From positions 248,001 to 312,000 of the forward strand of contig NIVC01000460.1 of the NCBI GenBank assembly GCA_002269645.1: a stretch of 64,000 bases of DNA, in the 5' to 3' direction. Shown piece after piece: positions 50,966 to 64,000 of the stretch. Origin of the DNA: Macrostomum lignano (Eukaryota). Under the pieces are notes generated by a model. The model was not told where the DNA came from. It searched no databases and worked only from the letters and a program-made list of their open reading frames with translations. Position numbers and translations under genes: made by a program. Each line of letters opens with the position of its first letter. Position 1 is the first letter of the stretch.

Positions 50966-51046
50966 TAGACAGACAGACACTAAGACAGACAGACACTAAG
51001 ACAGACAGACAGACAGACACTAAGACAGACAGACAGACAGAGACAC

Positions 51047-51077
<31 letters not shown>

Positions 51078-51092
51078 CTAAGACAGACACAA

Positions 51093-51169
<77 letters not shown>

Positions 51170-51215
51170 CTAAGACAGACAGACAGACAGACAGACACAC
51201 TAAGACAGACAGACA
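50418..51215. repeat. (GACA)n with GACACTAA variants
   Basis: Direct reading. Confidence 0.95.
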
Positions 51216-51569
51216 TTCGAGCTTGAAGGCTTCATAGGCAAAAATAGAAGTGGAACAGAAACTCGCAGCGAATGTACTGTGCAATGAGGCCAAGCAGGAA
51301 TGGGCAGAGGGGTTAAAATAAAGCTGAGCCGTGACAACTTTGCGCATAATTCTTTCAGCAACTTTGGCACAGCGAATTTCTCTAAATTCGTGCATTCGTC
51401 CTTTACTTTTTGTACGGTGACGTGAGAGTTCTGTGCCAGCAGTTCGTCTCTGTGTTTGGCAGCTGCATACGAAAATGCAGTTGATAAATACCAGTTGCGA
51501 GCCTCTACGCCTCTACGCGCTTTATTACTGGCTTTCACTTTTAATAAAATAACTGACTGAGCGGCCGAG

Positions 51570-53779
<2,210 letters not shown>

Positions 53780-54039
53780 ACTCGTTCCTGGCGGTCCGGG
53801 CATAACGGAATTCGCAACTTTCATTCAGATTTTTTAATTCTCTCCCTCATTCTTCACTGAGCTTATATGCGCATTTTTACTAGCGAATCGGCACGCACAG
53901 TTACTGCAATGTCAATTATCCATTCTTATTGCGGATTCTCAATTTTATTTTGTGTCTGTGCCTTAAATTGAGCGTCATAATTACACTTTTCTACGCTTCT
54001 CCCGGATTAGTATTACATAATTAGTTATTTGGTTAGTTT

Positions 54040-55008
<969 letters not shown>

Positions 55009-55794
55009 TCTGTGGGCGTGTGTGCTCAGGAGTCAGCGGAATAGGCAGAATTGCCACCTCGCTGGCTGCAGGTCTAGTGTCACCAAATAATGTGCCATTG
55101 CCAGCAGCCCTCGTGCAACCCTGCAGCCCTTCTTGTTATTATTGTAAATTAGTTTCAGTTGTGTAACTAACTTAGTTTATATCTCTCTATACTCCAAAAG
55201 AGTAGATTCTAGGCCTCGATCGAAACACCAAAGGTTCGAATGTTAAAGGCTTAATGCTTGCTTTTTGCTTCCAATCGCGTCAAAATAGAGATATGAATGA
55301 TGTAGAACAGCGCATGATCGCATGATTCTATTTTTTAGTGCCAGTTTCAGCGCTTGCATGCGTCGAGAGCTAGAGACATATCATACAGACGCTGTCACCC
55401 ACTTCTCTCGTGCCGTGTCATGCCAGCCGGTGCCGCTGTCTGCAGTATCTTCAAAGCTCAAGAGACCAAGCCAGGTCGCTCTGCGACGAGTCTTATCGAC
55501 GGGGCCACACTTTGCGTTTACCGTTTCAAGTTTTATCTTGTCCGAGCTGTCTTATCTAGCTGCATAGGCATTCGAGCTCGGCCTGTGCTGCCTCAAAGTA
55601 CGATCGTCATCGAGTCTCGAGTTCTCTAACGGCTCATATGGCGCATGCTTTTTTGTGCTGATAATTTTTCGAAACAGTGGTCCCGATTGCCCCACTTGTG
55701 AAGCTTCATTTAACTTTCATCTTAACTAACCTCTGTTCGCTGAGTATAATACAGAATCAAAACACTTTTGCAGACTGAAGGCTCACACTTTCTT

Positions 55795-56061
55795 TGCTCA
55801 GGGCGTGGAGTCGCTGGGTTGGCAATTAGGCTTATCAATCGTTGGTTTGAGTTGATAGCCAAGATAAAATTAGACATGAGCTCAGAACAGAGGTACGAGG
55901 TTTCATGCTCAGTCTCTAACACTGACGGATAAGACGGACGTTATAAATGCGAATTGCTTCTGAAGCAGAAAACACTGTTCGATTCGCCGTATCATTGTGC
56001 TCTCCGTCAGATTTCTGGACATTTTTGTCGGTTTTTTAAGCGGACTCGCGCATTCAGTTTG
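55795..56061 (+). promoter_or_regulatory. Conserved promoter and non-coding first exon of EEP gene copy 1
   Basis: Collinear similarity to 58745-59062, including an identical 18-mer TTGGTTTGAGTTGATAGC, several GATA motifs and a GTGAGTTACA donor at 56062. The acceptor CCCACAG ends at 56208. Confidence 0.6.
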
Positions 56062-56231
56062 GTGAGTTACAGGAATGCCTTTTTAACTAACAATCAGAAT
56101 TAACATCTGAGGCTAAATTAGTTTTGTTCGTGGATCAGGGATCAGGGAATGAAGACAGGGACTGGGGTCACTGAATGGGGTCAGGGACTGCCTGACTGTG
56201 ACCCACAGTTCATCATCTACAAGGCTGAAGG

Positions 56232-57512
56232 ATGGCGGCCGGCGGAGGCGAAGGCGTCAAGTTCGTGGCCCTGGCCATCAACGCGGATGCTTCAAAGCGA
56301 GAAGAGCAACTGGAAAGAGACAAACTGGCTAGCGGACTGCACGAAATCGCACAGCTGGCGGCAGCACAGGCAGCCATGCCGGAGAAGGCGGAAGCCCTGG
56401 CGGCTTTGCACGTCTCACAGCATGCGTCCAGGCAGGCGAAGGCGGCTATCGAGGCGGCAAATGAGGAGGGGAGTGAGGTCACTCGGGCAACAGTTGCAAC
56501 AGTTAAAGAAAAATGGCAAAAGACAATGGAAGCAGCAAAACTTGCTACTCAGCATTCTGAGACTGCAATGCGAGAGGCGATGGAGGCAGCAGAACTGACA
56601 CCTGATAAAGTACAACCCAGCATCGTTACGATTTCTGAGATGAGCGGAGAGGATGCGCTAGAAACATTTCGAGAAAAATTAGGTACAAGTTGGAAAGTGC
56701 TCTCGCACAGTTTCAAAGCTAAATCTGCAGATAGAATAGTCACAGCTTACAACACAGATATCTGGGAATTGCAATCCAATTATCCCGCATCCGACGAGGG
56801 CCACTATCTCTTGACGAAACTTAAGATGACAGCGAATAATATGGTCTTGGCCTACTTCTCTGTGCATCTGCCACACAAGAGTGGCAAAGAAAAGGCTTAC
56901 GACTGTATTAAAACAGCTATTAAGGACTGCTGTAAGGATGCAGACTTGGTCATGATCGGTGGCGATTGGAATATGACGCCACAGGACATAGAAGATCAGT
57001 TCAAGGATTCGACAAGCCCAATCGACAAATCTAAGCTAGCCTTTATCACAGGTCGAACAAACGAAGGCAGCATTGCGAAAGTGATTGACAACTTCGCCCT
57101 GATTTCTCAACAGCAGCGATACACTGCAGGCTTCAGCGAGAAGAGGATAATGAATGAGATGCAAGTCGAGAAGTACACGACTCATGCTCCGATCTGCGCA
57201 GAGGTTCGATTCACCCCGAGCAAGAAGTCTTCCAACAGCAGGGCCAACACGCCTTCCAGCAGCAAGGCCAACACGCCTTCCAGCAGCAAGGCCAACACGC
57301 CTTCCAGCAGCAAGGCCAACACGCCTTCCAGCAGCAGGGCCAACACGCCTTCCAGCAGCAAGGCCAACACGCCTTCCAGCAGCAAGGCCAACACGCCTTC
57401 CAGCAGCAAGGCCAACACGCCTTCCAGCAGCAAGGCCAACACGCCTTCCAGCAGCAGGGCCAACACGCCTTCCAGCAGCAGGGCCAAAAGGCAAATCAAC
57501 AAAGAGCCTTAA
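56232..57512 (+). CDS. Stand-alone endonuclease/exonuclease/phosphatase (EEP, DNase I/APE fold) protein, copy 1 (426 aa), with a C-terminal (K/R)ANTPSSS x10 tail
   Basis: EEP motifs appear in order: LAINAD (N), IVTISE (E), SVHLP (H), MIGGDWN (D-N), IDNF (D) and TTHAPI (H). The CDS is uninterrupted and paralogous to 60173-61240, and no RT domain follows. Confidence 0.8.
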   Translation: MAAGGGEGVKFVALAINADASKREEQLERDKLASGLHEIAQLAAAQAAMPEKAEALAALHVSQHASRQAKAAIEAANEEGSEVTRATVATVKEKWQKTMEAAKLATQHSETAMREAMEAAELTPDKVQPSIVTISEMSGEDALETFREKLGTSWKVLSHSFKAKSADRIVTAYNTDIWELQSNYPASDEGHYLLTKLKMTANNMVLAYFSVHLPHKSGKEKAYDCIKTAIKDCCKDADLVMIGGDWNMTPQDIEDQFKDSTSPIDKSKLAFITGRTNEGSIAKVIDNFALISQQQRYTAGFSEKRIMNEMQVEKYTTHAPICAEVRFTPSKKSSNSRANTPSSSKANTPSSSKANTPSSSKANTPSSSRANTPSSSKANTPSSSKANTPSSSKANTPSSSKANTPSSSRANTPSSSRAKRQINKEP

Positions 57513-57949
57513 AATCTCTAGCAATTGCAAAATAGAAGAAATTGACACTGCCTTCATTATTCTTTTTGTAATTTGGGTTTTATTGGTTTCTTAGATCAAC
57601 GGTTTCCTGGAAATATGAACAATTCTCAGAGAAAATTAGAGAGAATGGCTGTTGGAAAATTTTCAAATGAAATGGTCTGCAGAGCTTTAAAAAATTTTCT
57701 CTTGTTTTTATTGATTAATTTTAATTGCATGCCAAATTTATGGGTCATTTCCTTGTACGCAAACTTAGTTTTATTCAAATAGCGTGTTAAAAAAACTCAT
57801 CATCATACAGACCTGTATGCCCATGCGCTAGTGCTTTGAATACTTGTTTAGTTCTATGGCATGATTTGGCATAGAAAATCATTAACTAGAATACCTACAG
57901 TGCCCAAGCGAAGTGCCCACAGCATCACAGTGCCCACATAATCCTGGAT

Positions 57950-58410
57950 TTGATCGGAAAGGATGGGACTGGGCAGAATGTGAATGGACAGGATGTAGCT
58001 AGAAAGGATGGGACTGGACAGGATGGGACTGGACAGGATGGGACTGGACAGGATGGGACTGGACAGGATGGGACTGGACAGGATGGGACTGGACAGGATG
58101 GGACTATATAGGATTAGGCTGGATAGGATGGGACTGGATAGGATGGGACTGGATAGGATGGGACTGGATAGGATGGGACTGGACAGGATGGGACTGGACA
58201 GGATGGGACTGGACAGGATGGGACTGGAAAGGATGGGACTGGAAAGGATGGGACTGGAAAGGATGGGACTGGACAGGATTAGGCTGGATAGGATGTAGCT
58301 AGAAAGGATGGGACTGGACAGGATGTGAATGGACAGGATGTAGCTAGAAAGGATGAGACTGGGCAGGATGGGACTGGACAGGATGTGAATGGACAGGATG
58401 AGGCTGAATA
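57950..58410. repeat. Minisatellite, 15-bp unit GGATGGGACTGGACA
   Basis: Direct reading; lies between the two EEP genes. Confidence 0.92.
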
Positions 58411-58744
58411 GGATGGGACGAAACAGCTGTTTGTGTTTAGTCTTTGAGTCAAGACAAAGAAAGGGAAAAATGGAATGGCCAAGTCTGTCTTAAAAGCGGT
58501 TTTTAATCAAGGAAAATCAACGTAGATTTGCTGCTGCTTTCAACTCCTGCTGCATCTAAAACAATTTTCGAAGCGAAGTGTCATCATTTGAATTTTTTAT
58601 GAAAGCGTGCTTCTCAAAATTCAACATTCGAAGGTTTGAATTCAGTGAAACATTTTGAGCAAAACTAAAAAATTAAACTCAAAAGCTAATTTTAAAAAAC
58701 ATACTCAAAATTTCGACAGAAAGTGTGCTCAGAACACTTTCTGA

Positions 58745-59062
58745 GCTCAGGGTACGGAGTCGCACGTTTGGCAAGATAGCCTATCGAACCCATTTGGTTT
58801 GAGTTGATAGCGGTTTATGCAACTGCTTTGAGTCAGTGAGGCATCGATAGATAAGCGAAAGGGAAAACAGCAATAATGGGTATGCTCTCTGAATAGAGAA
58901 AGCTTTAAGTGGCAATTTCCAAATTAGAAGGAAAATTCAGAGGCTATAATATGCGACTTGCAGAAGATAATACTCACATTTGCTGCTGCGTTATTGCGTC
59001 CACCGTCAGCTTTCTGAGGTTCATTTTAAAAGGTTTTAAGTGGACCCTTGCAGTTCAACGAG
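58745..59062 (+). promoter_or_regulatory. Conserved promoter and non-coding first exon of EEP gene copy 2
   Basis: Homologous to 55795-56061. The donor GTGAGTTACA is at 59063 and the acceptor GGTTTCAG ends at 60130. Confidence 0.6.
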
Positions 59063-59128
59063 GTGAGTTACACGTGTCTTGATACGTATTTCAAGTGTTA
59101 ACGAGTAAAAATGTCTTATACAGTACAT

Positions 59129-59332
59129 GGTAGCGGGCTGTAGCCTAGTGGTAAGAACGTCGGACTCACGATTTGAAGGTTGGGGGTTCGATTCTCGACT
59201 CCACTGTAACAATTTGTGGAGCTTTACATGCTTCTTCTCACCCAGCTGTTAAATGGGTACTAGCATTAGGTTGGATAATTGAAGGTGTGTGGCGCCCCCA
59301 GTCTATGGACTGAACAGCCGTACGCAGCCTTC
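59129..59332 (+). mobile_element. tRNA-derived CORE-like SINE (family 1), in the 5' UTR intron of EEP copy 2
   Basis: A box TAGCCTAGTGG, B box GGTTCGATTC and CACCCAGCTGTTAAATGGGTAC. The 3' end matches the copy at 2198-2430; part of the core is deleted. Confidence 0.8.
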
Positions 59333-59374
59333 AGATGCGCCAAGCGATAGCTGCGGCTGAGCTGTCGCCTACAC

Positions 59375-60035
59375 ATCTGTAATCATAGGTGTATTCATTG
59401 GTGTAATTGTTGGTGTAATCAATGGTGTAATTGTTGGTGCCATTATTAGTGTAATCATAGGTGTAATCATAGGTGTAATCATAGGTGTAATCATAGGTGT
59501 AATCATAGGTGTAATCATAGGTGTAATCATTGTTGTAATCACAGGTGTAATCATAGGTGTAATCATAGGTGTAATCATAGGTGTAATCATTGTTGTAATC
59601 ATAGGTGTAATCATAGGTGTAATCATAGGTGTAATCATGGGTGTAAGCAATGGTGTAATTATGGGTGTAATCAATGGTATAATCATGGGTGTAATCAATG
59701 GTGTAATCATGGGTGTAATTAATGGTGTGATTATGGGTGTAATCATTGTTGTAATCATAGGTGTAATCATAGGTGTAATCATAGGTGTAATCATAGGTGT
59801 AATCAATGGTGTAAACATGGGTGTAATCAATGGTATAATCATGGGTGTAATCAATGGTGTAATCATGGGTGTAATTAATGGTGTGATTATGGGTGTAATC
59901 AGTGGTGTAATCATGGGTGTAATTAATGGTGTGATTATGGGTGTAATCAGTGGTGTAATCAGTGGTGTAATCATGGGTGTAATCATTGGTGTAATCGTAG
60001 GCATAATCATAGGGGTAATCATAGGTGTAATCATT
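59375..60035. repeat. Minisatellite, 12-bp unit GGTGTAATCAT(A/G)
   Basis: Direct reading; intronic; source of the spurious ITPM/GVIM ORFs. Confidence 0.93.
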
Positions 60036-60172
60036 GTTTGTTCACTATAAGCGACTTAGTGAGGCATAACAGATCAGAGACAGACGGGGCTTACTCGTTA
60101 TGAGCATGTTTATATACATTTCGGTTTCAGGTTGCAAAGTCAGTGTTTAATATTCTTTTAACGACGTCCAGA

Positions 60173-61240
60173 ATGGCAACCTCTGGATACACTTCAGCAT
60201 GTAGCTTCTTGACGTTGGCTATTAACGCGGATGAGTCACACAGGCTTTTGGGGCTGAGGAAGATAGGACTTAGTGGCATGGTGGAAAAAATTGTGGCAAC
60301 GGAGGACAACGCAACAGCAGTTACACTCTGGAATCCGGATAGTTATCGTCTGACCGGGAATACAAGAAAATTGTCAAGACATCATGACGCAACGCAGCAG
60401 AGAAAGCGTTCAGTTAGCTTAGGCTCAGTTGGCCCGCAGTCTCCGATTGTTAGCTTAATTACAATTTCTGAATTGAGCGGAGTGGAAACAGAGAAGAATT
60501 TCGCCTCTCAATTAACTGAAAACATAAGAGGAAAATGGCAGAGTTTCTCATACAGATTAGGCCAACGTCCTGCGGATACAATTCTTACAGCATTCAACAC
60601 TGAACTCTGGGAATCGGAGGATGAGTGTTTCACCGTATCGGACAAGGGCCGCTATCTGTTAACGAAGCTCAGGATGAAGGCCAATGGAATGATCTTGGCC
60701 AACTTCTCTGTGCATCTGCCTTATACTCACGAAAACGATAGGTTCCGATGTTATGATCTCTTAAAGAAGGCGATCGATGGCCTTTGCAAGGGCACCCCAT
60801 CACCAGACTTGATTATGATTGGTGGCGACTGGAACATGGAGCCTGATGACATCCGCAAGTATATTGCTCGTGACGTTTTTCTAGCCTTTGAAAATAGTGA
60901 TGGCAGTACAAGCAGAACAGACTATCCAATCGACAACTTCGCACTGATCTGGCCACCACGCTCGAGACTACTGAATATGCCAGAGTTGGGTGAACGGCTT
61001 ATAATGAGAAATCTGCAAGACATATTGACAAAGCATGCTCCGATCTTGGCGGAGGTTCGACTTGCAATGACGTCTGAGCCTGAAATGGAGGGACTAAGCA
61101 ATCAGATGGCAAATGTGCAGTTGGGTACTCAGCATTCTCAATGGAATAATTCGGCTGGTCAGTACTCGGAGTGTGGGCATCCGGCACCCATGTCTCAAAG
61201 CTGTCCACCGCCGAATCAGTCCTACGGAGGATGGTATTGA
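60173..61240 (+). CDS. Stand-alone EEP (DNase I/APE fold) protein, copy 2 (355 aa)
   Basis: The ATG at 60173 follows a spliced 5' UTR. Motifs are LAINAD, LITISE, SVHLP, MIGGDWNMEPDD, IDNF and TKHAPI. It shares long blocks with copy 1 (YLLTKL.M.AN.M.LA.FSVHLP) and has an uninterrupted CDS. Confidence 0.8.
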   Translation: MATSGYTSACSFLTLAINADESHRLLGLRKIGLSGMVEKIVATEDNATAVTLWNPDSYRLTGNTRKLSRHHDATQQRKRSVSLGSVGPQSPIVSLITISELSGVETEKNFASQLTENIRGKWQSFSYRLGQRPADTILTAFNTELWESEDECFTVSDKGRYLLTKLRMKANGMILANFSVHLPYTHENDRFRCYDLLKKAIDGLCKGTPSPDLIMIGGDWNMEPDDIRKYIARDVFLAFENSDGSTSRTDYPIDNFALIWPPRSRLLNMPELGERLIMRNLQDILTKHAPILAEVRLAMTSEPEMEGLSNQMANVQLGTQHSQWNNSAGQYSECGHPAPMSQSCPPPNQSYGGWY

Positions 61241-61999
61241 ACAAACCAGAGTTGCTACTTGGCAGTAGGCAGTGCGGATAAATTTCAACACACGGTTTTT
61301 ATACTATTGTTTATAAACTAAAATTGCTGCCGCTCGTAATTTGCGGATTGTACGGACTGAAGAGTCACGTTGATTGTTAATCGATTTTTGATCTGTCATA
61401 ACAAATCCTTGCCTTCAAATATTTTCTGACTTTACCCAAGAAATCGCACACTGATCATACACTTGGAGTTTTTTTATGGAAAATTAGATCGAGAATAAAG
61501 GTGATGGTCAAATGACACTGCCCTGTTCAAGATAACAGCAAAATCGATGCCAGTTTAACCGCTTTATCCGAAGTTATTTTCTAATTGCCGCCTATTCGTT
61601 CGATTTTTTTAGTTTCGCTTTCATTGAGCCTTCTTATTCCTGTTCTTTTCCAGCGCTCGTAATTTAAGCAGACACTTTTAATTACTTTCCTTGCATACTG
61701 ATTTTTTTAAGTTGCACCCCATATGCATGCCTAATAAAGTCTATTACCATGCGCCAGCGGTTTCATTACTAATTTAATTATACCACAGCAGGTATCAATA
61801 CTAATCAAACATTTGTTTAACTTTCGATTATAATTGCGTAAACAACTTCTTGCCTCTCTATTTGACTAGGATGTGCTAAACGAGCATCTTCATCGAATTT
61901 TAATTGTGTGCAGCAAATTTAACCCAAGTATGTAGTCAATATAAATAAATACCTAAATGATAAAAAAGCCATTGCAAAGATTAATTATGCGTGCATAGA

Positions 62000-63140
62000 T
62001 AGATCTCATCTCTCTCCTGTCTCATCTCTCTATCCTGTCTCATCTCTCCCCTGTCTCATCTCTCCCCTGTCTCATCTCTCCCCTGTCTCATCTCTCCCCT
62101 GTCTCATCTCTCCCCTGTCTCATCTCTCCCCTGTCTCATCTCTCCCCTGTATCATCTCTCCCCTGTCTCATCTCTCCCCTTTCTCATCTCTCCCCTGTCT
62201 CATCTCTCCCCTGTATCATCTCTCCCCTGTCTCATCTCTCCCCTGTCTCATCTCTCCCCTGTCTCATCTCTCCCCTGTCTCATCTCTCCCCTGTCTCATC
62301 TCTCCCCGGTCTCATCTCTCCCCTGTCTCATCTCTCCCCTGTCTCATCTCTTCTGTGTCTCATCTCTCTCCTGTCTCATCTCTCTATCCTGTCTCATCTC
62401 TCCCCGGTCTCATCTCTCCCCTGTCTCATCTCTCCCCTGTCTCATCTCTCCCCGGTCTCATCTCTCCCCGGTCTCATCTCTCCCCTGTCTCATCTCTCCC
62501 CTGTCTCATCTCTCCCCTGTCTCATCTCTCCCCGGTCTCATCTCTCCCCTGTCTCATCTCTCCCCTGTCTCATCTCTCCCCTGTCTCATCTCTCCCCTGT
62601 CTCATCTCTCCCCTGTCTCATCTCTCCCCTGTCTCATCTCTCCCCTGTCTCATCTCTCCCCTGTCTCATCTCTCCCCTGTCTCATCTCTCCCCTGTCTCA
62701 TCTCTCCCCTGTCTCATCTCTCCCCTGTCTCATCTCTCCCCGGTCTCATCTCTCCCCTGTCTCATCTCTCCCCTGTCTCATCTCTCCCCTGTCTCATCTC
62801 TCCCCTGTCTCATCTCTCCCCTGTCTCATCTCTCCCCTGTCTCATCTCTCCCCTGTCTCATCTCTCCCCTGTCTCATCTCTCCCCTGTCTCATCTCTCCC
62901 CTGTCTCATCTCTCCCCTGTCTCATCTCTCCCCTGTCTCATCTCTCCCCTGTCTCATCTTTCCCCTGTCTCATCTTTCCCCTGTCTCATCTCTTCTGTGT
63001 CTCATCTCTCTCCTGTCTCATCTCTCTATCCTGTCTCATCTCTCCCCTGTCTCATCTCTCCCCGGTCTCATCTCTCCCCTGTCTCATCTCTCCCCGGTCT
63101 CATCTCTCCCTGGTCTCATCTCTCCCCTGTCTCATCTCTC
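62000..63140. repeat. Minisatellite, 16-bp unit CCTGTCTCATCTCTCC
   Basis: Direct reading; source of the spurious ORF at 62355-63245. Confidence 0.95.
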
Positions 63141-64000
63141 GCGATTACGCGAGCAGACGCAGCGTCTCCCAGCCAGTTTACAGGACACAGATACGCAACC
63201 CGACAGACCTCGGGCAGACTACGGATTGTTCATTCGAGGGCGTAAATCAGGAAGACCCGTCGTCCACCTATAGGCTGGTTACAGTGGGCAACAACCTTAG
63301 AGCTTGGGACTGCCAAGCCATTTTGTCCGGGTTTTATACCAAGGAGGGAGAATATTTTACTAGCGAATGCTAACAGCGTTGGGTGGTGACTGATCGGTTG
63401 ACAGACTAGGCAATGTGTCCTGTGCTTGAGCTGAGTTTAATATTTAGAGTGGTCCAGTTCCACCTGTCGTAGCCCTTGAAGGTCCAGCAGTCCGTCAAGA
63501 TAAAGGTAGGTGACCACCGAAGACGGAGATTATGCAGGCACATTCGGGTGACATGCTGATAAATTTTGAAGGCCTGGTGTAGTGTGAGCATCTTTTGCGA
63601 TAGCCTTGTATTCTATTAGTTAGGTTTTGCATTATTGTTATTGAATTATTATTTTGCTTTAGTTTAGTCATACGTTTTTGGTGTACTTTTTCCTTGTTAG
63701 TTAGAATCAATTTTGCGTAAACAGGTTAGAGTTAGACGCCAATTTTGTGACTCAGCGGAGGGTTGAGTTTGTCTGCGAACCCCAGCTTTGCGCGGCCAGC
63801 CAATCAGAACCGGCCTGGACCCTGGCACGCGGCAAGTTTCAATTCTACCCGGCGCCGCGGGCACAGTACAATTCGGCTTAAGCGAGCGGCCGGCCAGACG
63901 ACCACCACCCGGCTTGAGGGGGTTTTGAGGGGTCGTGACTCTGACTATATATGAAAGTGTGTTTTGGCAATCGGATCTCGCTTGCTCCCTTTCCCCGGTT

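Noticed and set aside
59129-59205. tRNA gene (A and B boxes, CAC-like anticodon loop); likewise 2355-2430
   Set aside because: No paired acceptor stem, and the sequence continues into a shared SINE body present in two copies.
56232-61240. EEP ORFs as the endonuclease part of an intact LINE
   Set aside because: Both stop after the domain with no reverse transcriptase downstream, and both have host-like spliced 5' UTRs and duplicated promoters.
59369-63245. ITPM/GVIM-repeat ORFs (59369-60050) and the SHLSPVSSLP-repeat ORF (62355-63245)
   Set aside because: Products of 12-bp and 16-bp minisatellites; the first lies in an intron.
63150-64000. Possible retroelement remnant or promoter at the window end (CCAAT at 63800, TATATATGAAA at 63946)
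   Set aside because: Frames are interrupted by stops with no recognisable motif, and the context is cut off by the window edge.

Overview
Eukaryotic animal DNA with GT-AG introns and GC-rich exons. Summing the array coordinates below gives roughly 20 kb of tandem repeats. The composition and gene set fit a free-living flatworm such as Macrostomum, but that assignment is an inference. Eight protein-coding genes can be rebuilt with frame-consistent splice sites: PNUTS/PPP1R10 (-), a crooked-like GPI-anchored Ly6 protein (-), a small amidated neuropeptide precursor ending KK-WYEF-GRR (-), a Mahya/FSTL4-5-like secreted protein lacking the EF-hand module (+), a DEG/ENaC channel (+), a myristoylated NCS-like EF-hand protein (+), and two tandem, stand-alone EEP (DNase I/APE-fold) genes with intronless CDSs (+). 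The window also holds two tRNA-derived SINE families, hAT-like MITEs and a non-autonomous Helitron with a head-to-tail junction. The best leads are the unclassified EEP nuclease pair with a conserved GATA-rich promoter, the PNUTS ORF that may take its start codon from a trans-spliced leader, and the CCK-4-like WYEFamide peptide. No CRISPR array, rRNA or true tRNA gene is supported.
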